From NCBI GenBank assembly GCA_963790805.1, contig CAWBPL010000002.1:128696-192695 (forward strand): 64,000 bases of DNA, written 5' to 3'. The position numbers and the translations under genes are program-made. Source of the stretch: Candidatus Gottesmanbacteria bacterium (GTDB lineage Bacteria; Patescibacteriota; Microgenomatia; UBA10105; UBA927). The stretch's first letter is position 1. Each line of letters opens with the position of its first letter. This document shows positions 8,790-20,600 of the stretch, one piece after another. The notes below the pieces were generated by a model. The model ran no database searches, was not told the origin of the DNA, and was given only the letters and a program-made list of their open reading frames with translations.

Positions 8790-9857
8790 ATGGCAGAAAT
8801 AAAGTTTGACCCTACAATGAATAGTATTGTAGGTTTTGATATTATTAATTCTTCTCCAGACGCAAAGGTGGCAGGTTATAGACGATTTCAACAGGCTTTA
8901 CCAGAATTATTAGATCAACCTCTTCCCACATCCGCATTATTATTTCGTATTCACGATTTGATTACACCGGATGTTACGTTAGAAAATTTGCCAGAAAATA
9001 TTAAAAACGATATGGCAATTAGTTTAATGACATTAGATCGGCCTGATGCAGATCACGTTGGAGATGTTGCTCATCAAGTATTCAACAGACTTTCCCATCA
9101 AAAGCCCTATGACACAAAAGCTCCGTTATTATTTGGTGAAGCAAAGAAACAAATAGCATCAGAGTTACAACTATCTACAAAAATATCATTAGCTCCCGTC
9201 CTTAAAGGTGGTTTAAGAACTTTTGGTGCAAGAGAAATTAATGGGTATCCGCCTGAGCCAGTAGTATATGCAAGCCACACTTTAGTCATGGGCGGCGAGG
9301 CGCAAATGTTAGCACTGCAATTTGGACAACCAGGTATGATTTACCCGGATTCTTATTATGGTTTATCAACTGGTTTGAACGAAGTATATACAAAACTGTG
9401 CGATAAGTATGATTCAATACAGCCAGCTTCTACGCAATTATCAGATATATTTTTTCGAGAAGCTTATTTTCAAGTTCTTGGAACAAGGCTGCTACATCCG
9501 TTTTGGGATGGTAACGGAAGGGCTTTTACTGGTCAACTATTTGTTTCCTTATCAAAACAAGGAATTACAGGTGTTGACCTTCAAAAACTTCAAGAAACAT
9601 CAATTGCATTAGGATATGTAAGTGATCGCATGGTTAAACAGGTGTTAAAAAGTGCAAATTTAAGTTTAGTAAGTGATTTACATGGCATACCGGGGACGTT
9701 ACTCATGTGGTTAAATCCTCGTGTACGGGCAGATTATATGAAACGTCTTAAGGCTGAATTGGAGCGCGCAATTGATATAAGCAATCTCCCTGATAACGAG
9801 TATTTTGAAATTGTGGAATCGGGGAAAAAAGAATTAGAGGAGAGCTTTAAAAATTGA
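8790..9857 (+). CDS. Fic-domain protein with a non-canonical motif
   Basis: Contains HPFWDGNGRAFT, against the canonical HxFx(D/E)GNGRxxR; the last Arg is replaced by Thr. The gene is visibly more AT-rich than its flanks. Confidence 0.8.
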   Translation: MAEIKFDPTMNSIVGFDIINSSPDAKVAGYRRFQQALPELLDQPLPTSALLFRIHDLITPDVTLENLPENIKNDMAISLMTLDRPDADHVGDVAHQVFNRLSHQKPYDTKAPLLFGEAKKQIASELQLSTKISLAPVLKGGLRTFGAREINGYPPEPVVYASHTLVMGGEAQMLALQFGQPGMIYPDSYYGLSTGLNEVYTKLCDKYDSIQPASTQLSDIFFREAYFQVLGTRLLHPFWDGNGRAFTGQLFVSLSKQGITGVDLQKLQETSIALGYVSDRMVKQVLKSANLSLVSDLHGIPGTLLMWLNPRVRADYMKRLKAELERAIDISNLPDNEYFEIVESGKKELEESFKN

Positions 9858-10043
9858 AGAATAGTTTTAAAAAAATTAATTGCAGGCTGAATATAAAAAC
9901 GAAAATTGCTCACATTTTAATTGAAGTCACTGTACACCCTCAATAAAAATGTTTCGAGCCAAAGCGCAAGCCGCACACCCTTGCTATTGTAATTTATCCC
10001 AGTGTACAATTTCTATAGATATCAATTTTGTAAGGAGGAATAT

Positions 10044-10502
10044 ATGAACGTACTGCTTGTCTATGCAACCAATTCAGGAACGACAATGACCACGGCGCAA
10101 ACGGTAAATGATAAGCTGACTGGTAAGGGCCATCAGGTCACGATGAAAGAAGCGCGTGACACGACGCCTGTTGATTTTGACACTCCGCAAGCTATCGTCA
10201 TCGGATCGCCGAGCTGGGATTTTGAGGGCAATGAAGGTATGCCGCACGAAGATTGGCTGCCGCTTATGGAAAAACTTAAGACGAAAACGCTGGAAAACAA
10301 ACCGTTTGCCGTGTTTGGTCTTGGGGATTCATCGTATAAACATTTTTGCGGAGCAGTCGATCATCTTGAGGAAATGGTAAAAACGATGAAAGGGAAACTT
10401 CTCGTTCCTTCTCTTCGCATCGACAAGTTTTACTCCGACCAGACGGGAAACATGGATAAAATCAACGAATGGGCGGACAGCTTGATCGCGGCACTGGGAT
10501 AA
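10044..10502 (+). CDS. Short-chain flavodoxin
   Basis: The sequence MNVLLVYATNSGTTMTTA carries the FMN phosphate-binding loop T/S-x-T-G-x-T, followed by FAVFGLGDSSY. An AAGGAGG SD lies 5 nt upstream of the ATG at 10044. Confidence 0.85.
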   Translation: MNVLLVYATNSGTTMTTAQTVNDKLTGKGHQVTMKEARDTTPVDFDTPQAIVIGSPSWDFEGNEGMPHEDWLPLMEKLKTKTLENKPFAVFGLGDSSYKHFCGAVDHLEEMVKTMKGKLLVPSLRIDKFYSDQTGNMDKINEWADSLIAALG

Positions 10503-10514
10503 CACATTCAGCGT

Positions 10515-12200
10515 ATGTATTACAAAATTACGTTCGTTAAGCTCGACGTTTCGGCTGATGAATGGCTTCATTGCTTCCGCACGATACTCGAAGTCGATCG
10601 GTCCTTCCGCATCCATATCCTCTACGGCGGCAAAAAAGTTGCCTTTATCATGGAAAGCCAGAAAAAACTCGACGTCCTCAATAGCCGCCTCACGCCTCTC
10701 TATCTTTCAGAAGACCTAACCGATCAGGAAGAAGAGGCATTAAGTAAGCAAAAATCCGGCTCCGGTAACATGCCGACACTTATCAAATATCCGTTATTTG
10801 AATATTTGGAGCGCAATCACGTAAAAAACAATAACATCTACCGCGTATCGTTCACCATACAGAAATATAATCCGCTTTGGCTCTTCCCTGCAATCCAAAT
10901 CGATTATGAACGGAATGGACAACTTAAGCACGCGTCGGGTATAACACCTTTGCACATCAACGTTTTTCTTGCTTTCAATCTTACTGAGTCAATAAGCGCT
11001 GAAATCGAAAAAGTGAAACCCGTTCTGGCCGCTAACAACACGACGTTTGAGTTGTATCCTTGGGGAATTTTGAAAAATAAAAACGGCGAGAAAAATGAGT
11101 TTTCGATTCGGTCGTATGATTTCTGGCGCCACAGCCTGATCCTCGGGCAAAGCGGCAGCGGTAAAAGCTACCTATTGAAACTCCTGATTGAGGATATTAA
11201 ACGGTATAACGCATCGGATTATTGCATCGTCCTCATCGATCCGCATGCAGCATTGGAACAATTGATACAAACCGACATGGTTAAAACAAAAATCGACTTT
11301 AAAAACACAGCCACGAATCTTTTCGTCAATATCGGTCAGCCGACACTTTCGACTGAACTCACTATCGATCTCTTCTCAACGGTCATCAACGTGCACGAAA
11401 ATCAAAATCTTGAGCGCGTCCTAAAATTCTCCCTCAACGCCTTATACAGCATCAATAAAATGAATGTCACAAATCTCAAAGATCTGTTGACAGACAGCAT
11501 AAAGCGGAAAGAACTCCTGCGGGATGTTACCGATCGTTCGATTTTGCAATTTTTCGACACCGAATACCAACAGCTTTTTACCGGCCAATACGCTACCGCA
11601 GTATTGCCCGTCATTAATATTCTTTCTGAACTGCAATTCATCGGCAATGCGCCGGCGACCATCGATCTTATCCATGCTATGAATACCAATTTTCTGGTAT
11701 CAGTGCCCATCAAACAATCGGAGCTCGGCTCTAATATTACGCGAGTTATCGGCGGCGCGATGATTCAACAGATATTCACGATTATGCAGGCCGGACTGGT
11801 TAAGAAAAAAGTAATTCTGATGATTGATGAAGTATCGATTGTCCAGACACCGTCGCTTACACATATTTTATCCGAGGCCAGAAAATTTAATCTGACGCTA
11901 ATCCTTGCACAACAATATCTCATGCAGGTTTCCGCTCCGATTCTTCAAAGTATGTTCGCCAATATGATCAACTATTTCTGCTTCAAACTTTCCCGCGACG
12001 ATGCGGAAATTGTTGCACGGAATCTGAATTTTGAAATCGACGACTTTTTCCTCACCAATAAAAACGATCCGCGCGAAATGCTTGAGCTGGGGGTCCGAAT
12101 ATTAACGGAATTAAATCCACGAGAAGTTATTGCCCGTGTACTTGCAAAAGATCAGTATTATCCGCCCTTTAAATCAAAAACGGTGAGTGGTACAGTGTAA
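10515..12200 (+). CDS. FtsK/HerA/TraD-superfamily P-loop NTPase (DUF87 / coupling-protein-like), soluble
   Basis: Walker A is ILGQSGSGKSYLL and Walker B is VILMIDEVSIV. An LILAQQYLMQV segment resembles the TraD/VirD4 C-terminal module. The ~200-aa N-terminal domain is unrecognised and I see no TM segments. Confidence 0.7.
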   Translation: MYYKITFVKLDVSADEWLHCFRTILEVDRSFRIHILYGGKKVAFIMESQKKLDVLNSRLTPLYLSEDLTDQEEEALSKQKSGSGNMPTLIKYPLFEYLERNHVKNNNIYRVSFTIQKYNPLWLFPAIQIDYERNGQLKHASGITPLHINVFLAFNLTESISAEIEKVKPVLAANNTTFELYPWGILKNKNGEKNEFSIRSYDFWRHSLILGQSGSGKSYLLKLLIEDIKRYNASDYCIVLIDPHAALEQLIQTDMVKTKIDFKNTATNLFVNIGQPTLSTELTIDLFSTVINVHENQNLERVLKFSLNALYSINKMNVTNLKDLLTDSIKRKELLRDVTDRSILQFFDTEYQQLFTGQYATAVLPVINILSELQFIGNAPATIDLIHAMNTNFLVSVPIKQSELGSNITRVIGGAMIQQIFTIMQAGLVKKKVILMIDEVSIVQTPSLTHILSEARKFNLTLILAQQYLMQVSAPILQSMFANMINYFCFKLSRDDAEIVARNLNFEIDDFFLTNKNDPREMLELGVRILTELNPREVIARVLAKDQYYPPFKSKTVSGTV

Positions 12201-12210
12201 GGAGGAAAAT

Positions 12211-12948
12211 ATGAACAAAGTTTTCGAACAAATTTATACAAAAGTCTGGGAAGAAATTTTTCCGGGAATCAATCCCATAGATCAAGCCGCGTTTAAAAAA
12301 CTCTATTGTAACGATATTCCGCTGCCGCAGGCCTATCCGGCGATTTCCGGAAATATTTCAGTGTATAGCAGTCCGGAATACGGATATAAAAAATTCATCA
12401 CAAAGGAAGAATCCGAAAAACGAATGAATACTGATAATTTTATGGAACCTAAAACCGACATCGCCTCATTTGCGGATGTTCTGAAGCTCATGGAAAAACG
12501 CGCAACGTTCAGAGGCAACAGAGCTCTTAATTCGGATGTAACGGAAGAATCCGACGATATCTATTCATCAAGTTACATTTATAACAGCGCGCACGTCTAC
12601 AGCAGCCAGAAACTCATGTACTGCTTTAACATGAAAACGTCAGAATATTTACTTGCATCCAAAGGAAGCGGCGATTGCTCATTCGGCATACGCGTGATCG
12701 ATTCCGGAAGTATTTCCAATTCTTTCGATGTCGGATGGTCTAGTAAAAGTGCGAACAGCTACTTCAGCTATAGCGTCGTTGATGTACGTGACTGCATGTT
12801 CTGCTTTCACATCATGTCTAAACAGTATTGCATTGCCAATATGCAGTTTTCGCAGGAGGAGTATAAAAAATTGAAGGAAAAAATTCTGAAAGAGTACTTC
12901 GACCAACTGACAAAACCGGACGCTTTCGTGTCAATAAATCAGCTGTAA
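12211..12948 (+). CDS. Hypothetical protein with a Ser/Cys-rich region of ~6-residue periodicity (beta-helix-like)
   Basis: The AAGGAGG SD overlaps the ATPase stop codon (gtgTAAGGAGGaaaatATG). Hexad phasing is visible: IYSSSY/IYNSAH/VYSSQK/LMYCFN/MKTSEY/.../VVDVRD/CMFCFH/IMSKQY. Confidence 0.6.
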   Translation: MNKVFEQIYTKVWEEIFPGINPIDQAAFKKLYCNDIPLPQAYPAISGNISVYSSPEYGYKKFITKEESEKRMNTDNFMEPKTDIASFADVLKLMEKRATFRGNRALNSDVTEESDDIYSSSYIYNSAHVYSSQKLMYCFNMKTSEYLLASKGSGDCSFGIRVIDSGSISNSFDVGWSSKSANSYFSYSVVDVRDCMFCFHIMSKQYCIANMQFSQEEYKKLKEKILKEYFDQLTKPDAFVSINQL

Positions 12949-12954
12949 CGAAAT

Positions 12955-13431
12955 TTACCACTTAAAATGCGCGAAGGCTCTGTTGGCTTCGGCCATACGG
13001 TGAACAGTATCACGTCGTTTAATCGCTTCGCCCTGACCTTTGGCGGCTTCCATAAGTTCGACCGCTAATTTTTCTCCGAATGATTTAAATTCTTTATTGC
13101 TTCGTTTGCTGGCAAACTGGATGATCCATCGCATGGCAAGGGCTACCCTTCGGTCACCGCGTACTTCAGTGGGCACCTGATACGAAGCGCCGCCAACTCT
13201 GCGGGCTTTTACTTCCATTTTGGGGCCCACGGTGTTAATGGCGGTTTCAAATACTTTAATCGGATCCTCGCCTTTGGCCTTAATTGCATCAAGTGCGCCG
13301 TAGACCTGCCGTTCAGCCACCCGTTTTTTGCCGCTTTTCATGACGCGGTTAATAAATCGCGTCAAAAGCCGGTTTCCGTATATAGGATCGGCTGGCAACA
13401 TTGGTTTAAAAACTCGTTTTGATCTGCTCAT
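12955..13431 (-). CDS. rpsG: 30S ribosomal protein S7
   Basis: Full-length match to S7 (PDPIYGN, VKARRVGGASYQVP, NRAFAHFKW). Confidence 0.97.
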   Translation of the reverse strand: MSRSKRVFKPMLPADPIYGNRLLTRFINRVMKSGKKRVAERQVYGALDAIKAKGEDPIKVFETAINTVGPKMEVKARRVGGASYQVPTEVRGDRRVALAMRWIIQFASKRSNKEFKSFGEKLAVELMEAAKGQGEAIKRRDTVHRMAEANRAFAHFKW

Positions 13432-13434
13432 AGA

Positions 13435-13872
13435 TTAATTTGCCGATGCGGCGGCGGGCCCCGGACCTCCGGCTTTCGTTCCATAGCGGCTTCGGCCCTT
13501 TTTCCTGTTGGCGACCCCTGTCATATCATATTTTCCGCGAACAATGTGATATTTTACACCGGGTAAATCCGGTACTCGACCGCCACGAACGAGCACGATA
13601 GCATGCTCTGTAAGTTCATGTCCAATACCCGGAATATAGGCTGTCACTTCCTGTTTGTTAGAAAGCCGCACACGGGCAACTTTTCGAAGCGCCGAGTTCG
13701 GCTTTTTCGGCGTCATGGTCTTCACAAGCGTCACGACTCCCCGTTTAAACGGAGATGGCAACTGCTTTGTCAGTCTGTCTTTGGCATTAAAAAACTTGCG
13801 AAGCGCCGTCGCTTTAATTTTTTTCGACTTACCGTGTCTTCCGTGTCTGATGAGTTGATTGACTGTTGGCAT
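13435..13872 (-). CDS. rpsL: 30S ribosomal protein S12
   Basis: Contains [28 protein letters not shown] and [21 protein letters not shown]. It has a short Gly/Pro/Ala C-terminal tail. Confidence 0.97.
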   Translation of the reverse strand: MPTVNQLIRHGRHGKSKKIKATALRKFFNAKDRLTKQLPSPFKRGVVTLVKTMTPKKPNSALRKVARVRLSNKQEVTAYIPGIGHELTEHAIVLVRGGRVPDLPGVKYHIVRGKYDMTGVANRKKGRSRYGTKAGGPGPAAASAN

Positions 13873-13876
13873 AGGT

Positions 13877-16800
13877 TTAAACTTCTATCTTTGCCCGTTC
13901 CGAAGATACCGGAATGAGTCTGCCGATTATAACGTTTTCCTTAAGTCCCAGCAACTTGTCTTCTTTACCGGATAACGCGGCGTCTGTTAAGACGTTGGTC
14001 GTTTCCTGGAATGATGCAGCTGAAAGCCATGACTCGGTGAATAGCGATGCTCGCGTAATTCCAAGCATGATAATCTGCGCGGTCGCCGGCTCTCCGCCTG
14101 AGGCCAAAACACGGGCATTTTCCTCCTGGAATCTGATCCGGTCAACAAGCTCACCCGGAAGAAGAGTCGTATCTCCCGATGAGTCAATACGAACCTTGTC
14201 GCTCATCTTTCGCACAATCACTTCAAAATGCTTGTCAGAAATCTGAATTCCCTGTGATTCATAAACCCGTTGAATCTCGGTAATAAGATACTTTTGCGCG
14301 CCCCGAAGACCCCTGACCTGAAGGACTTCCTTAAGATCAAGATATCCGCTGGAAAGCTGGTCACCGGCTGCGACTGAATCGCCGTCTTTGACTTTCAGTT
14401 CGCTCGTCAAGGGAATCACGTATTCACGCTCTTCCGGCGGCTTCATGGCCGTATTGCGAACCCGAACAGTATATCCTGATTCTGTCTCAACAATCTCAAC
14501 TTTTCCGGCAATTTCGCTGATAGGCGATAAAATTCTCGGAGTCCTCGATTCGAACAATTCTTCCACCCGAGGCAAACCCTGCGTCACGTCAAGTCCGACA
14601 ATTCCACCTGCATGACGAACACGCATAGTAAGCTGCGTTCCCGGCTCTCCGATGGACTGGGCGGCGATAACGCCAACAGGAGTACCTACTTCCACATGAG
14701 CATTCGTTGAAAAATCTCTGCCATAGCATTTGGCACACATGCCAACCGGTGCCTGACAACTGATAGGAGATCGAACAAGTACCGTCTCTACGCCGTGTTC
14801 GTCCAACAATTTAGCATTTTGTTCTGTAATTTCTTCTCCTGCCGCAATAAGAACTTTTTTGCTGTTTGGTGCCACGATATCAACGGCGGCAAATCGGCCG
14901 ATGACGCGAAGAATAAACGATGCCTGCCTGTCTTCTTTACGATGGACTTCCCAACCCTCGCTGGTACCACAATCTTCGATTCGTACAATCATGTCATGCG
15001 ATACGTCAACCAGCCGTCGGGTCAAATATCCTGCATCGGCGGTCTTAAGCGCTGAATCAGTAAGACCCTTTCGTGAGCCTCTCGTACTTGTTACGTATTC
15101 AAAAATCGAAAGTCCTTCACGATAATTGCTTTTCGTCGGCAATTCCACAATCTTCCCGAGCGGATCGACGACTAATCCTTTGATGGCTGACAATTGCTTC
15201 AGCTGATCTTTGGACGCACGAGCGCCACCGGAATCGATAATCATTTTAACCGGATTATCCGCTTTCATCCCCTGCCATGTAAGATCTGCAAGCCGTTCAG
15301 TGACTTCGATCCAGATTTCATTGGACAGTCGTTTCTTTTCCTCGAGTGTAATAAGACCTTGCTGGAAATTTTGATCAACCTCTTTTACTTTCTTTTCCGC
15401 ATCTTTGACGATTGATTGTTTTTCATCAACCATTACACAATCAAATACGGAAACGGAAAGTCCGCCGCAGATGGTCGCCCCCATGAATCCGATATTTTTA
15501 ATAGAATCGATAATTGTTACGACTTCCTCTTTGGGATACAGGGTAAGCGCTTTGGTAATAATCGATTTAATTGTTGCTGCCCTCACCGGATCATTGATAA
15601 ATCGAAGTTCAGAGGGAAGAATCTCGTTAAAGAGTACCCGCCCGACGGTTGTCACCTGCCAAACGCCATTTATTTGAAGCCGGATCGATGATCTAAGTCC
15701 CACTTTGCCGGATTGATAGGCAAAAATAAGATCCTGTTCGTCGCTATACATCGTCATGTTCTTTTCATCTATTTTTGTTTCCGGTATTTCAACGGTCGTT
15801 AAGTAGTAACAACCCAATACCATTTCTTTGTTTGGAACTGTGATCGGTGATCCATCAGCTGGCTTTAACAAATTATGCGTCGGCAACATCAAATGAATTG
15901 CTTCATACTGACTTTCACCGGAAAGCGGTATGTGAACAGCCATTTGATCTCCATCAAAATCAGCGTTGTATCCTGCACAGACACATGGATGAATCCGGAT
16001 TGCTGATCCCTCGATGAGGATAGGATAAAATGCCTGAATACCCAGCTTATGAAGTGTCGGCGCGCGATTAAGAAGCACCGGATGATTCTTGGTAATTTCC
16101 TCAAGAATATCAAAAACTTCCGGCGTCCGTCGTTCCAGAACGTTTTTGGCATTTTTGACGTTCGGAGCAATACCGCGAACAATAAGTTCGCGAAGCACAA
16201 ACGGCTTAAACATTTCAAGCGCCATTTCTTTCGGAAGTCCGCATTGCGTAAGATTAAGTTCGGGTCCCACGACAATAACGGAGCGGCCTGAATAGTCTAC
16301 GCGTTTTCCAAGAAGGTTCTGCCGGAACCGGCCCTGTTTACCGCGCAACATATCGGATAACGATCGAAGAGGAGCAATAACTGCCCGTGAACTCGGACGC
16401 TGCGTCACATCAATCAAGCTGTCAACCGCTTCCTGAAGCATGCGCTTTTCATTTCGAAGAATAATTTCAGGCGCTCCCAAATCCATAAGGTGCTTCAATC
16501 TGTTGTTGCGGTTAATGACGCGCCGATACAAATCGTTCAAATCAGATGTGGCGAATCGTCCGCCGGTGAGCTGTACCATCGGGCGCAAATCCGGAGGAAT
16601 CACCGGAAGATTGGACAATATAACCCACGACGGGCTGATTGAGGCTTTTCGCATGCCATCAACGACGCGAAGCCGTTTGGTCGCTTTTATATGGCGCTGT
16701 CCGCTCGTATTTTGAATCTCTTCGCGAAGTTCCGCTGCCAATTTATCCAAATCCAGATGTTTGATGACCTGAGAAACTGCTTCGGCTCCCATGCCGACCT

Positions 16801-17599
16801 CAAAACATTCGACCGCTTCATACTCCAAAAGCCGCAGGTATTCATCTTCTGTCAACGTGTGAAGCGGCTTAATCGCTTTTACGATGGTGATAAGGGAATC
16901 AACAATTTCTTTAATTTTTCCTTTTTCTTTCTCTCCCTGTTCGTCTAATGCAGCAAGTTCCTGCCGTTCCTTAAGCGTCAACTCCGACACAGCCAAATCT
17001 TTTGCCTCAGCGCCGTTCACTTTATCCTTGACGCTTTCCTTTTCTTTTACAAATTGTTCTTTCTTTGTATTTTTTTCTTCTTTCACACGTGCTTCAACTT
17101 CATCTACGCGGGTTTTTCCTGCCTGCGCAAGTTTTTCCAGAACTTTCTTTTTCTTATCATCATCGACATTGGTCACCAGATACTGTGCAAAATAAATAAC
17201 TTCCTCAAGCGCCCTCGGGCTTATGTCTAAAAGAAGCGATAATTTGGATGGCGCTCCTTTGAAAAACCATACATGAGCAACAGGCGCAACGAGAGCAATG
17301 TGTCCCATGCGCTCCCGTCGGACTTTACTTTGCGTGACCTCTACGCCACACTTGTCACAGACAATACCGCGATAGCGAATGCGTTTGTATTTGCCACAAT
17401 AACATTCCCAATCTTTGGTAGGACCGAATATCCGCTCGTCAAAAAGACCGTCTTTTTCCGGCTTCAGCGTCCGGTAGTTAATAGTTTCCGGTTTGGTAAC
17501 TTCACCATGTGACCATGACTTAATGTCATCCGGCGACGCCAAGATAATTTTTAATCCTGAAAAATCTACGATATTGGCAAATGTTGCTTTTTTATCCAT
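13877..17599 (-). CDS. rpoC: DNA-directed RNA polymerase subunit beta'
   Basis: Contains the zinc-binding motif [20 protein letters not shown] and the catalytic motif NADFDGDQM. 1240 aa. Confidence 0.98.
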   Translation of the reverse strand: MDKKATFANIVDFSGLKIILASPDDIKSWSHGEVTKPETINYRTLKPEKDGLFDERIFGPTKDWECYCGKYKRIRYRGIVCDKCGVEVTQSKVRRERMGHIALVAPVAHVWFFKGAPSKLSLLLDISPRALEEVIYFAQYLVTNVDDDKKKKVLEKLAQAGKTRVDEVEARVKEEKNTKKEQFVKEKESVKDKVNGAEAKDLAVSELTLKERQELAALDEQGEKEKGKIKEIVDSLITIVKAIKPLHTLTEDEYLRLLEYEAVECFEVGMGAEAVSQVIKHLDLDKLAAELREEIQNTSGQRHIKATKRLRVVDGMRKASISPSWVILSNLPVIPPDLRPMVQLTGGRFATSDLNDLYRRVINRNNRLKHLMDLGAPEIILRNEKRMLQEAVDSLIDVTQRPSSRAVIAPLRSLSDMLRGKQGRFRQNLLGKRVDYSGRSVIVVGPELNLTQCGLPKEMALEMFKPFVLRELIVRGIAPNVKNAKNVLERRTPEVFDILEEITKNHPVLLNRAPTLHKLGIQAFYPILIEGSAIRIHPCVCAGYNADFDGDQMAVHIPLSGESQYEAIHLMLPTHNLLKPADGSPITVPNKEMVLGCYYLTTVEIPETKIDEKNMTMYSDEQDLIFAYQSGKVGLRSSIRLQINGVWQVTTVGRVLFNEILPSELRFINDPVRAATIKSIITKALTLYPKEEVVTIIDSIKNIGFMGATICGGLSVSVFDCVMVDEKQSIVKDAEKKVKEVDQNFQQGLITLEEKKRLSNEIWIEVTERLADLTWQGMKADNPVKMIIDSGGARASKDQLKQLSAIKGLVVDPLGKIVELPTKSNYREGLSIFEYVTSTRGSRKGLTDSALKTADAGYLTRRLVDVSHDMIVRIEDCGTSEGWEVHRKEDRQASFILRVIGRFAAVDIVAPNSKKVLIAAGEEITEQNAKLLDEHGVETVLVRSPISCQAPVGMCAKCYGRDFSTNAHVEVGTPVGVIAAQSIGEPGTQLTMRVRHAGGIVGLDVTQGLPRVEELFESRTPRILSPISEIAGKVEIVETESGYTVRVRNTAMKPPEEREYVIPLTSELKVKDGDSVAAGDQLSSGYLDLKEVLQVRGLRGAQKYLITEIQRVYESQGIQISDKHFEVIVRKMSDKVRIDSSGDTTLLPGELVDRIRFQEENARVLASGGEPATAQIIMLGITRASLFTESWLSAASFQETTNVLTDAALSGKEDKLLGLKENVIIGRLIPVSSERAKIEV

Positions 17600-17600
17600 A

Positions 17601-20600
17601 TTACTCCTTTGTCGTAACCGCTTCGTCCTCCGGTTTCACTTCTGCAACCGTTGTTGCAGGAGCTTCCTCAGCGACGGTTTCCTCACCACTTGCTTTAGCA
17701 ATCTCTTCTGCTTCTTTTTTCACAATGTCATCAGCAACTGTCTGCGATGTCGTTGCAGAAGTAGGTGTCGCGGGTAACGGTTTTGCAGTCACGACTCCGG
17801 TCGGGGAAACGCTTAAGCCTAACGCCTGCAGTTCTTTTACCAACACTTTAAATGATTCAGGGATTGTTGATTCAGGAATATCTGAGCCTTTGACAATTGC
17901 TTCAAAAGCCTTCGCGCGACCTACGACATCGTCTGATTTAATTGTCAACATTTCCTGAAGAACGTGGGCGGCCCGATGTGCTTCAAGTGCCCAGACTTCC
18001 ATTTCTCCCAATCGTTGACCACCCATTTGAGCTTTTCCACCGAGAGGTTGTTGCGTAACGAGTGAGTATGGTCCTGTTGAGCGTGCATGAGTCTTATCTT
18101 CCACCATGTGAATAAGTTTCAAGATGTATCCGACACCGACAACAACTTCTTCTTTAAACGGTTCGCCTGTTCTTCCGTCAAACAATACGCTCTTGCCGGA
18201 AACGGGTACTCCCGCCTCTTTCAGCTTTTCAACAATTCTGTCTTCTTTCACGGGTTCAAAGACGGGGAGCGCAACTTTTATGTTCAGTTTTGATGCGGCG
18301 AGTCCCAAATGAGCCTCAAGAAGCTGGCCCAAATTCATACGGGAAAGGACGGAAAGCGGGCTTATAATGACATCAACGACAGTTCCGTCTGCTAAATACG
18401 GCATATCGCCCTGCGGAACGACTTTGGAAATAACGCCCTTGTTGCCGTGTCGGCCTGCAAGCTTGTCACCTACCACAACTTTGCGCATCTGAGCGACTTT
18501 TACAACAATCTTCCGGTTGGTCCCCGGTTCAAGTTCATCGCCTTTTTCTTTATCAAGAATCTTAACATCTATGACGGTCCCCCGTTCTCCATGCGGTACA
18601 CGAAGACTTGTATCACGGACTTCACGGGCTTTTTCACCGAAAATCGCGCGAAGCAACCGTTCTTCTGCTGTCAATTCTGTTTCACCTTTCGGTGCGATTT
18701 TACCAACCAGAATATCATTCGGACTTACTTCGGCGCCGACGACAACAATGCCGTTTTCATCCAAATTGCGAAGCGCTTCTTCTCCGACGTTGGGAATATC
18801 ACGCGTTGTTTCCTCGGGCCCCAATTTCGTATCAACGACACTGGCTTCATATTCTTCAATGTGGACTGAGGTAAGCACATCTTCTTTCACCAATCGATCG
18901 GAAATAACGATAGCATCCTCATATCCCAGACCATCAAAACTCATGTAAGCAATCGTAACGTTCGCGCCGAGGGCTAATTCGCCTTCGTCGCTTGCCGGTG
19001 CATCAACAAGCACATGGCCTTTCTTCACTTTATCGCCGGTTTTGGCAGAAACGCGTTGGTTATAGGCGGTTGACTGTGCGGAACGGGAATATTTCATGAC
19101 GGCATATGTTTCCGTCTGCCCGTCTTTCGTTTCAAAAATTACTTTGGATCCGTCTGCATATGTCACGACGCCGTCATCTTTTGCGCGAATCACGCGACCC
19201 ATGGTTTCAGAAATAGCTGCTTCCATACCGGTGCCAACTATCGGCGACTGCGGGTTAAGAAGCGGTACGGCCTGACACTGCATGTGCGTACCCATAAGCG
19301 CACGGTTTGCTTCATCGTGAGCGATAAATGGAATAAGCGATGCCGGAGCGCCGACTACCTGTCGCGGCACAACGTCAATATATTCAACGAGCGTTGCATC
19401 TGCTTCAAGGAACTCTCCTTTGTACCGGACCGGTACGCGCTCATCAACGATATTGCCCTCAGTGTCGATTGCAATTCCTGCGTGCGTAATATATTTGTAT
19501 TGTTCATCGCTGGCATCCAAATAGACGACTTCATTGGTGAGGTGCATGACCTGTTTGCTGCCGCGAGTGATTTTTTCAACTTTTCTGTACGGAGTTTCCA
19601 GAAATCCGTATTCGTTGACACGCGCATAGAGGGACATGTAGGTGACAAGTCCGATATTCGGTCCTTCAGGAGATCGGACCGGACAAATGCGGCCGTATTG
19701 CGATGCATTAATGTCACGGATGGAAAATGAAGCACGTTCCCTAGAAATTCCGCCTGTGCCCATGACAGTCAGACGACGAAGATTATCTACTTCGGCCAGA
19801 GGATTCGTCTGATCCAGAATAGTTGACAACTGGCTGGTCCGGAAAAAATCGTTGATTGACGCGATGATCGGGCGGGCGTTGACAAGCTGCATCGGAGTCA
19901 AATCTTCAGCAGAAGGGCCAGCTAAGCTCATTTTTTCACGAACTGATCGCTCAAGTCTCAAAAGTCCGACACGGAATGCGTTGGTCGCCACAAGCTCTCC
20001 CACTCTTCTGACTCTACGGTTGCCAAGATGATCGATATCATCCGCATCATCCTTGCCGTTGGCTAAATCAATAAGCTTTTTGATACTGCCGATAATATCC
20101 TCTTTTGTTAATACCCAGTGTTCACGGTCATTAGCAACGGAAATACCGAGCTTTTTGTTCATCTTATACCGGCCGACCCGCTCAAGAGAGTATCGGCGAT
20201 AATCAAAGAACATGGTGCGAAGGAGTTCCTGTGCGTTATCCAACACAATGGGTTCTCCCGGTCGAAGTTTGCGGTACAGTTCCAAAACCGCTTCCGTATG
20301 GTTTTTCGTCGGATCTTTGACAAGAGTGGCCTCGATGTAGTGGTGATCCGGATTGACGTCTGCTGATTTAAACGCTTCAATAATTTCTTCATTCGTACCC
20401 AAACCGATTGCCCGAAGGAATGTTGATGCCACGAATTTACGCCGTCGGTCAATTCTGACCATCAAAACATCGTTTCTGGTCATAATAAACTCAAGCCAGC
20501 TTCCGTGCATCGGACGGATTTCAGCGCTATGGAGCGTTTTACCGGTTGTTGAATCCATGGTTCCGGTAAAATAAATTCCCGGAGAGCGCACCAGCTGATT

